This document shows, one piece after another, positions 48,382 to 58,219 of a DNA stretch of 64,000 bases; the first letter of the stretch is position 1, and the number at the start of each line of letters is the position of its first letter. The DNA is from Plasmodiophora brassicae. Lineage: Eukaryota. Below the pieces are notes generated by a model, which made no database searches, was not told the DNA's origin, and was given only the letters and a program-made list of their open reading frames with translations. A program made the position numbers and the translations under genes. Location: contig CP145409.1 of the NCBI GenBank assembly GCA_036867785.1, positions 1,922,001 through 1,986,000 on the forward strand. Reading direction: 5' to 3'.

Positions 48382-51300
48382 CTATTGGATGAGATCCCCG
48401 ACCGTCTGGGACAAACTGAGGGATGGCGACCGAATAGCGACTTTCAGGGCAATGCCCTTGGACTTGTCCGAAGGTGCCATGAAGCCGGCGCGGGCCAGGA
48501 TCGTTTCGCCTGTAATGAACTTGCCGATCGTGTTGACGGTATGGGTGGACGCATCATGAGCGACCACGTTGGATCCTTCAACAGGTGACAGCGACAGGGT
48601 CTGCAGGACGGCGTCGACGGCGTCTTGGATAGTGGGCACCGTTAAATTCAACCGCTTCAAGAACTCGTCCGCAGGCGTGGACGCGTCCCACAGGCCACGG
48701 AACTCGGCTAGAGAGATAAACTTGTCGTTGGGCGCAATGAAGTCGTTGACACCAATGCTGAGATCCTCAAGCTCGTATTCATCTTCGTAACCCTCTTCAT
48801 CTGGGTCGGCTTCTGCATCCCGAACGGAAAACTTCAGCGTGGCCGGAATCGTCGATGGGCAGGAGTAGACCTGCTCCGGCCGTTGCAAACAGACCCAGAC
48901 AGCGCCAGAGCCTTCAAACGGAATGAGAGGAGCAGAGACGCTCATCTCCTCCGCCCAGTCAACGTTCAAATCAACGGAAACGTTTACGAGAACTTGCCCC
49001 TCCATGTGGTTCGCGATCGTAAACTGCAAAAGGACATGGTTCTCGAACACCAGCTTGACGTAGCTGGTAACGTATTCGGCCTCACTCTCGGTGAGTTCGA
49101 TGGGCCGCGACGCTCTGTACGATTGCGTTCAATACACGATAGCGGTCTACCAGCAGCGTATTACTTGAATAGGGTGCCAAGCGCGGCAAATTCAGGAATG
49201 GAATTCAACTGCTCCAGGTACGGATTGACAGCTTCAGCTACAGAATAGGCAATCGTGCCAGGAGCTATGTGACACGCGCATTAGATGTCGAAGCCACGCT
49301 ACCGAATAAAGCGTCTACCTCCAGGCTGCGCACCAAAGTCGGCGCCAACGTGGGCGGCGGCGCCTGCTTCAGGAGCGGCTGCTGGCGTCGGGACAGCTGC
49401 ATGAACAACATCGTCCAGACTGAATGGCCGATTATGATAGCCCGGCTGGGAAAGGTAAGCTGTCAGCGACTGCTCCAAATCTGCCCACGATATGTTTTCG
49501 ACTGTGCAAAGCGTCAGTGATCAGGAATGCAGAAGTATAACGCCGCTAACCTCGAAGCAGCTCGCTTTGGTGAGATGTCTGCAGGAGGCCAATGCAATAG
49601 ATCGCGCGATCGCGGACCTCATCATCGTTGTCGCGAAGACTCCTAAGCAAAGGTTGGCCTTAAACGGCAACATCCCAATCCACATACGGATCACAACTCA
49701 CCTTTTAAGAAGGACCATGCAACTATCGGTGAGTTTCGGGCAGGCGGCGCCGAACTTGGCCAGGGACTGGACCGCAGCGGCACGCACCGACGGTGTCTCA
49801 AGGATGACCCGATTGAAAATAAAACGAATGTATCGCGCAGGACAGCTGGTCCTTTGCAGGCACAACGTCAGGCCCTGCGTACGCGAGTTGAGCAGACAGA
49901 CTTACTTTGGGCCCTCCTCGCCAAGCACGTGCAAGATTTGGACGGACAGCTTGGGGAATTCACAGTCTTCTATAAACTCGCACAAGTGTTCAAGGCCTGG
50001 TTCCTTCGCATCATCGATCTCGTTCATGAGCGTCAGTATCGTCTTCACAATTGTGGTCTTGTACTCAACACCCCCTATAATACACTCACAAGTGAATACC
50101 GGGCAGTGCAATGTAAAACAAAGAGGCGAGTGATTTACCCTCTTCGCGCAGGACGGATGACAAGAACGCCATCAGCGTGCTATGTTTATGAGGGAACTTC
50201 AGGCACAAGGATCGGAGAGCCTCGACGAGCACAATCCGCAATTCGTCTGTAATTTCAGCCATAAACGAGCTGATCGATTTCATCAGCCTTTCCACGTTGC
50301 TCTCGACGCCAGTTTTCAACTAGCACGGCGTTTGTTAAGCACAGAAATCGCCTTGAATTCATGAACCTACGAGAGTCGTGACCGCAAGCGTTGCGATCGA
50401 TCGATTCTGGTCTTGAATCAGCATTTCAAGGTCGGTGCTGCATGGCGCAACGAACGCTGGGTGCTGGGCTACGACGGAGGAAAGAACCCGAACAGCGGCG
50501 AAGCGTTCAGTAGGTTGAGACGATCCCAGGAATTGCTGGACGGCTAATAAACACGGGTCAGGTAGAGCGTACCTGGACATGGACGCGGACCATACCAGAT
50601 ATGGCCCCTTGAATCTGATGCCTGGCCGCATTAGGCAAATTGCAGATTCCACGAATGGCCTCGAATGCAACCATGGGAGATTTGTTCCTCACGCATGACA
50701 TAAGGAAATCGATCATGGACTGAAGCAAACGTTAGCTAGACACCGTTCTGCAAGCTATGGGACTGACCTGATCGGGGTCCACTCGAACCAATTTCGTGAT
50801 GTACCGAATCAACAAACAATGGGCGAGCGGTGATCTGGGAGGTCGGCGAGCCAACCCTGACACAATCTGAAACGCAGATGCTCAGTGGCCGGACATCAAT
50901 AACGAGCAAGGTGACGATTCGCACCTTCGACAGCGCCAATCTGTCATGCTGCTTGATGAGGCACAGCAGAGCGAAGGCGTGGTACTGCACCATTTTCGAC
51001 TTGCTGTTGACAGCTTCCTGGATCTCATTCTGCCAACGCCGGATAACATCAGGCGCGATGCGAAACAGCTGCTGCCCAGCAATGAGAGCCGCTGACGACA
51101 CTGCGGGATTACGATCAACGATCGCTTGCTTGAGAAAACGATCCATTGTCCCGAGCATGGATGCGTCGATAACTTTGGCAAAGACGCGAATCGCATTCGA
51201 ACGAAACACGTCATTGTTGCTCGTCATGTCTTTGCTAAGGCAGTTGATCACGACGAATACGTTGTCCTGGTCGCGTGCGAGTTCCTTGATCACAAGGTAC

Positions 51301-51671
51301 ACCATTCGACGTAGAGTTGCCTAGAGGACCGAATAAGATCGGGGAAACGAGTCAAATATCACCGAATGTACATTCTGCGATTGGAACAATTTCGTCGTGC
51401 CAAAGAAAACGGACGTCGCTTCATCGCTGGTGAACGTCTCGCCTTGACATAGGAGATACAGTATCTTCGTCAAGACCTTGCAGCAGTTCCTAGGGCTGAT
51501 CTGCGGCTCGCTGAATATCCGAACCTCGTGCATGACAACACCCTTCTGCAGTCCCTCGAACGGGGACCCTTCTATCAGTTCCACAAACCGCACGTCACCG
51601 CCATGATTCCAAACACAGCGCAACGTATCGCATCAACCTTGGCGGTCGCTCTTCTTGGTGGCCATCTCCAT
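48382..51671 (-). CDS. COPG: Coatomer subunit gamma, multi-exon
   Basis: [64 protein letters not shown], appendage [11 protein letters not shown]. Confidence 0.95.
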
Positions 51672-52017
51672 CTGGCCGCCGCTATCGCCGGCGCCGATCG
51701 CCAGGTCGACAGACGGGCGCGCTCGACGGTCGATCAATTTTGAGCGTCAGCAAGGCCCGGACAAAATGTCTGCCATTTCGCTCCTGTTTTTTACGATATT
51801 AATTCAGATTCCCCCACGCCGTCGTCTTGTCTTCCACGTTCCGGCAGGCAACGTTTGACTTCATCGCGTTAGAGCATGTGACGCATCATCAGATCGACCC
51901 GCTGGTACCGCTGAATGCATCGGGCGCGGGTTCGAATGATTGGCCCCTTTGGCGACCTGTGGACATCAGCGCCGGTGCTAAAGAAAAACTGTCGCGTACG
52001 GTCCCATTTTGTTCCAG

Positions 52018-52839
52018 ATGGTCCTGCCAGCGTGCCCGAATCGCGCCGGTGATCAGGACGGCAGTGTTGCATGTGCCGAGTTCCGACGACTGGGAAGGCC
52101 TCTCGGGAGCGTTCCGACAGTGTATTATATCGACAATGTTGTCACCGCCGACGAGGAGGCGACGTTGCTGAAGGAGACCGACGCGTGCTCTTGGATCGAC
52201 CTGAAGCGACGGCGCTTGCAGCAATATGGTGGGCAGCCGGATCCCGAGGGCATGGTGCTGATGGGCTTGCCGGATCATATTCAGGGGATTGTCGACCGCG
52301 TTATGGCAGTGGGCGCTTTTGACCCACATCAGCGTCCCAATCATGTTCTCGTCAATCAGTACAGAAGCGGTGAAGGGTGATGGATGGACGGGTATCGCGG
52401 CCATCCAGAAATGGGTGTTCTGACAAACGAAGTGCTGCAGGATTATGGCCCATACAGATGGCCCTTTGTACACCCCAAACGTGGCCATCCTGTCTTTGGG
52501 ATCGACTTGTCTCATGAGCTTCTACAAATCGGCGCCAGACGCATCTGCCCAAACGCCGGTCCTGCAAGTGTTTCTTCGACCACGAAGCCTGATCGTCTTC
52601 CGTGACGAACTGTATACGTCATACCTGCACCAGATTGAAGAGGTAACTGTGGTGCGCTCGCTCACTCGCCACGTTGCATGGCTTCCTGAACGGCTGCACC
52701 CTACTAGAGTACCATTGACTACGTCGGACCGCTCGTTGTCAATGCTGAAACGACTGGTATCGAGGCGGGGATGAAATTCGAGCGCTCAACGCGAACGTCT
52801 TTCACAATACGGCACGTTCCCAATACGATACAATGGTAA
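52018..52839 (+). CDS. ALKBH6: AlkB homologue 6-like Fe(II)/2-oxoglutarate dioxygenase (2 introns)
   Basis: VYYIDNVVT..EE, RRLQQYGG, NHVLVNQY..GEGIMAHTDGPLY, LRPRSL, YLHQI, RSTRTSFTIRHV. Confidence 0.9.
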
Positions 52840-52844
52840 ATGAT

Positions 52845-53831
52845 CTATTGCTGATCGCATCGGGCAATGCTTGGCGGTAATGACCGCCTCGGAGAGGTGG
52901 ACGAGTCGGAATTGAAAATGCTGCCGTCCTGAAGAAGGTCCAGACATGAAAGGGAGCGCCGTTTCCTCGATCGCGGCGAATCAGTTTGAACGCAGGCGTC
53001 TTGGGTGGAAGGCGATGGATGTGCCGATGACGACCGCGACTCGATCGTGTCCAAGATTTCGGATTGGAACGTGCTTATCATGTGGTCGACTTGCCGGACG
53101 GCATCGCTGACGAAACCTTGGAGCGCGTTCTGCGTCCGTAGGTTCGAGTCGTCGATGGCAGACATGATCCTCTTCTCGAACTCCTCGGACGACCGTGCAG
53201 GCATTGTGCTGGTCTGATTCCGTATTTCTTCGACTGCAACATGAACGGATGTGGCGATTTCGTTCAGTCTGGATTTGACTTCGCTGAGTGTCGTCATCGT
53301 CTGCACCATGAGCGACGGCTCTGTCTGCGGCCCATCCGGTGTGCGGTTGCTGTTCGTTCTGGAGAGGGCGCTAGCGAACGCCTTCGGCGCGTCCATGTAC
53401 CGCCCAATGGTAGTGAGGAAACTACCCGGCAGCGCCTTGTTAGTCGTGGTCATATACGGTTGGGTCTTCGAGGTCACGCTCTGTGCCGCCAAGTAATCCA
53501 GTCAGGCAACGCGATCCCGACTAGAACCGAGGAAACCTGAGCGGTCAACATCGCCGAACTGTCCTGAGAGTACGTCTTGGGCTGCGAAAACTGCTGAACG
53601 TCAGGGCCATGTCAATTTGTCATACGTGGCGCGTACCGAGAAGCCCGTATCCTGCTGCCCGCCCTGCGAACTCGATTGCGCATACGATCTCCCGTAGAGC
53701 GGTATATCGCTTTGGGACCCGCAGCCAACCCTTGCTAGGTCGTCACCGATACGACCTCCCATCGCAGCGGCGCACATGCCCCACCTGTCGATCCATGGCG
53801 ACCCCTTGTCGCCCCGCCCGGCCTTGTTCAT
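52845..53831 (-). CDS. Hypothetical SQ-rich coiled-coil protein, multi-exon
   Basis: N-terminal exons rich in SQ dipeptides (GSQSD, SSSQGG, FSQPKTYSQDS), central coiled coil (LSEVKSRLNEIATSV...), basic RSRKRR near the end. Confidence 0.5.
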
Positions 53832-54084
53832 GACCACGGGCGGCCACCGACTCCAACCCGACCGATTTGTCAAATGGCACACTACTGTAAGCTGCACCCA
53901 GCGGCACCAGTGCCGCGTAACGTATCCTTAGGCGTCGGGGGCTCTCCAAAAGAAGCCAACCAGTTTGAGGGTCAACAACGCGGCTCCGTTCAGCATCGGG
54001 CTTTCGACTACAGTGACGGCATATGACATACGCCAGATTCCAGCTCATATAATTGCTGTATTGCCTAATCCAGTATAGAACATA

Positions 54085-55540
54085 TCAGAAAGTCAAATCG
54101 TCATTCTTCTTGGCCAGAGCTATTCTGGTGTTTTCTGCGAACACGTTAGGACAGTTCCGACGTGGCATCGATCGCGCGTTCCTACCATCATTGTCGTCGT
54201 CGTCGTCGTCTCTTCTACCTTGGACGTCAGGCAGTAAGGGGAGGAACGCCAGTGGGACGAGTTCAAAGACGGCGCAGACGGCGACCATGCTGGGCAGGTT
54301 CCTGAAGCTGGCTGGATGGATTTCGAAGACGTCGGTGAGCAGGCCGCCGCCCAGGTCGCTGATGATTCCGCTGAGGTTCGAAGTGGCGATGATGGCGTTG
54401 TAGACGGACCCTTCGGATCCCTTCGGGGCGATCCTGGCTGCGATGATCGCGATCGGCATGAACGCGATCTGCGCGAAGATCCCGAACGCCAGCGTGCTGG
54501 CCAGCGCTAACACCCAATCGGGAACGAGCAGGAACCGGTTCCAGTTCAGGGCCAGGATCAGGTCTAGGCCCGTCGTAGCGAAATTGCACCATAGCATACG
54601 CCTGAGAAGGTCGGCGAACGTCATGGCGCGCAGCCATCTGCCGAAGACGTAGGATCCGATCAGATACGAGAAGTGACTGGCGATGGTCAACATGGACAGG
54701 AAGTTGGAGGAGAACTTCAAGCGGGACCGCATGAAGAAGAAAACGGTGTTGACCTGGCTGGGCATCGCCGAGAACAACAGGACGAAGGCCGACATGCGGG
54801 CAATTTCCCGATCCTGGAACACGCTCATGAACTGCTCGAACTGGAACGTCACCGTCGCCAGGTGCGGATGCTTGGCGACCTTCTGCTCGGGGATGAACAC
54901 GACGGACAGCAGGCCGCTGACGGCGACCCCCGACGCAATCAGCATGACGTCGTTGGGGCTCAGGCCCCCGTATTCCATGGCGAATCCCGAGACGGCCGCC
55001 GATAGGATCGACCCGATCGCCTGTGCCGTCCAGATGCTCGATGTGAACCTGCCCAGGTCGCCATCGGATTCCTCCTTGACGATCCCGACCACGTAGGCGT
55101 TGATGGCGGCATCGGACACCACCAGGCAGAACGACGAGACAACCAGGCAGGTGGAGAACGCGATTGTGGAGAGCGCCGGGCCGGCGATCGAAACGACGGC
55201 GCAGGCCAGCGAGTGACCGACAAGACCCAAGGCGATGTACGAGACGCGCCTGTACCCGAGCAACGGGTAGTGATCTGACATGAGCGCGTACAGGGGCTTG
55301 GCGATCCATGGGATTGTGGACAGGCCGTTCAGCAGCGCCAGCGTCGACGGTTCGCATTGTAATTCATCCATCAGGATCATCTAGGGCGACCCGGGTCAAT
55401 GCGCGGGGGGCGGGGAGCGTAGAGACGCTCACCTTGATGGGCAGGGCCGGCAGCGTCAGGTTGACGCCCAGGGAGAAGTAGAACCAGTACAGGGCGACCC
55501 TCTGCGCCTGGGCAGAGCGCGCATCGTATTTAACAGACAT
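54085..55540 (-). CDS. BT1-family folate/biopterin MFS transporter (intron 55381-55432)
   Basis: IPWIAKPLYALMSDHYPLLGYRRVSY, about 12 TM segments, FMPIAIIAARIAPKGSEGSVYNAI. Confidence 0.9.
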
Positions 55541-55777
55541 GGGTGGTGTCGGCAGAACGTCGCGGAACCATCCCCTGGCAGGTGGCCGCACCACGCCAAG
55601 TGTTCCCCGCCAAAACGACAATACTACGGCGCAACCTGACGACCTCGCGGCGTGGACGATCATCGCTTCATCATCGCCAGCCGTGTTTCCAATTGCGCCG
55701 ATGGGAATTTTATGATAAGGTTTCGGGATCGACTGAGGGGATGGCTGGGCCAACACGAGAAAACGTCAGCGTGCAAC

Positions 55778-56466
55778 CTATTTCTGTCGCAAGAGGTTCT
55801 CGAATTCCCTGAGCTTGGCCTGGAACTTGGGCAGCGCTTTGCGCACGCCCATACGGGCGCAGTCGTGTTCCTTGTCGTTTTCGGAGGCGGAGACGGAGAC
55901 GGGGAAGTCGTCGTCATCGCAGTCGTCGGCGACCTCGGAGAACTCGATCTTGCCGTTGACCTTCTTGCCGCCCAGCTGCCCGGCCCACTTGACCTCGACG
56001 GACAGGTCAAAGCCGTGACGCTTCTTGCCTCGTACGAAGACGATGGAGGCCTGGGGAACACGATGAGGCGAGCGCGTCGAGCCATAGTTTGATGGGAGGG
56101 ACTTACGTGGCATTTCGGTGTGTCCACAGACGATATCTGAATGGAATCTTCACCGGCGGCCTCGATCGGTACGGCGGAAAGCAGCTCTTTGATGGTATCA
56201 GTTGCCCATCTAGTGAGGTCTCGTTCCTCCCAGGTATTCCCTCTGTTCCAGACGGACGTGCCGTCAGACGGCGCCTCTGGGGCCGCCGCCTGCTTCGCAT
56301 CCACGCGCTGCGGGGCGAACTTCGCCGCCTGCTCCTGCGGCGTACTCTTGAAAAAGTAATACGACGACGGTTGTGATGCCGTGGCCGCTTCGTCCTCGTG
56401 GTCGCTCGCCGTCTCTCGGTCGGCGCTGCTGGCTGGCGGTGGCATCGATGCCGGCACGTCGGCCAT
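55778..56466 (-). CDS. Activator of Hsp90 ATPase, N-terminal-domain protein (AHA1/HCH1-like) (intron 56051-56106)
   Basis: SVWNRGNTWEERDLTRWA, ASIVFVRGKKRHGFDL..EVKW, GKIEFSEV. Confidence 0.85.
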
Positions 56467-57282
56467 GTCTACAGGTGGCAAGGCGCAATTGCCTCTCTGG
56501 CCCAGGCCACTTCCCAAACTCCGTCGACGCCACGCAAAAATCCGTTGGACGGGAAACCGGAACGTTCTCGACGCACCAACCAACCGTGTCGTCCCGACAT
56601 TGCGTGGCGGATAAAAATACCGTTACAGCTATTCTTGCCACTGTACGGGAATTTGGGGGGGGGGGGGGGAGGGGGGGGTTCACTGCTGCTGCTGGTCGAC
56701 GCATGCCCCGCATGCCCCTCTAGTGGCACGCGTTAACATAATCTGCCTGCAAGCTAGCCGCAAGTAATGCTGGTACCTGGATCAAATCGGTGCTTGCATT
56801 GGCTCCTCGCAGAAGCCTGCAGCGAGTATTCTTCCAAATTCGCCTTTTAGTCCCTGAAGACTTACGTCATTGGTGCCAAATGGAGAGGCCGCTGCTGAAC
56901 CTTCAGGTGACGAACTCGACATCGCCCGAAGAGATCACCAACGAATGTCGGGCGCGTTTGAGCGTTCCTAAGACGCAGTCCAGCTGCACGTTGCACATCG
57001 ACATGACGTTTTTCATACTTGCGACTTGCAACCGGCTCATTGATCCACCTGCGTTTCACTCTTGCCAACGGGCGCGGCGTTCTCAGCGCCAGTACGGGTG
57101 CATTGAAGAACGTCGCATCCATCAGACGGGCTCTGCCCGAGTCCGTCGAGGGTCTGCATCAACAGCATACGTTGGCCGATGGCAATTGTGTGCACAGACG
57201 CGAACTATGTTCAGCGTTTACGGCTTCGATCGACATGCCGGCGAATGTATTGTCTGAGGGCTCGAACAGGGTCCCCATGGCA

Positions 57283-57841
57283 TTACAATTCCTTGTCGAG
57301 GTGGTAGAGCAGTCCGGGCAACGCTTCGTACGCCTGGACTTTGGACACCAGCGTCGACATGTTGTCGATCTCATCGGCTTGCAGCAGGTGGAACTCATGC
57401 AGGAACGACACCGTCATCTGGTCGTTGTTCTCCGTTGCCTTTGTCGACATATTCTGCAGGGTGTGCCCAACCTGTACCTCGAGCTGCAGCAGCGTCTTGA
57501 ACACGTCCAGGGCCGACTTCCACTGCGCCGTGTTGACCGCAGGAATTTCAGCGGCGACGGCGACGCCGCCTCTCTTCTGGATGTAGTCGAATATCTTCAA
57601 ACCATGCTGGCGTTCCTCGCTGGACACGGCCACGCAAACGCGTCAGCACACCGGGTCCCCGCGCCCGCGACGACACTTACTCGGCCTCCTTCAGCAGGTA
57701 CGACGAGATGCCGTCAAAGTCGCGGTTCTTGAACCAGAACGACGCCGCCAGGTACGTGTGCGACGCCGACAGCTCCTCGGCCGCCTTCCTGTTGAGCAGC
57801 TCCTCCACGGCGCCGCTCAGTGGCAGCTTGACCGATGCCAT
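57283..57841 (-). CDS. Non-heme ferritin, prokaryotic FtnA-like (intron 57620-57680)
   Basis: LLNRKAAEELSASHTYLAASFWF...EADEERQHGLKIFDYIQKRGG...LEVQV...LQADE...GLLYHLDKEL*. Ferroxidase-type E/E/H/E/Q residues are present. Confidence 0.9.
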
Positions 57842-57909
57842 GTCCGGATTGTGCGCCACGGCGTCGTACGGACGGGCCCCGGCCGGACCCGGTGGCCGGT
57901 ACCGGTGCG

Positions 57910-57993
57910 TGCAGCTGCACTGCGGCACTGCACTGCGGCACTGCACTCATTGCTGTACTGCGGCACTGCAGACTGCACTGTGGCACTGCACTG
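57910..57993. repeat. Tandem degenerate 13-bp repeat (ggcactgcactgc) about 70-150 nt upstream of the ferritin ATG
   Basis: Directly visible. On the ferritin sense strand it yields eight CAGTGC hexamers. Confidence 0.85.
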
Positions 57994-58219
57994 GGGCCCA
58001 CACGGTCAAAACGCACCTGCGAAGCAAGCCGCCAAGGCCCAGAGGCCGATGTTGATACACCAGGCCGCATAGGTGTCGCGACACGGGACTGCTTCGTCGT
58101 AGGGACCCGGCGGAACGCTGTTGAGCAAACGTAGCGCGTCTCCTCGGGCCCGGTAAGGCCTTACCGGTGGATGTGGTTGACCAGTCGCGCACCGTCAGGG
58201 CAGGTGGACACTGTACCGC

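Noticed and set aside
54263-55357. 364-aa alternative-frame ORF inside the BT1 transporter
   Set aside because: An Arg/Pro/His-rich off-frame product of GC-rich codon usage.
56654-56678. Poly-G run (also poly-A at about 28067-28079 and poly-C at about 37296-37306)
   Set aside because: Simple homopolymers in intergenic regions. G-quadruplex potential is possible but unsupported.
56790-57257. Plus-strand ORF between AHA1-like and ferritin
   Set aside because: Possibly a small spliced gene, but it has no identifiable family and no reliable boundaries.
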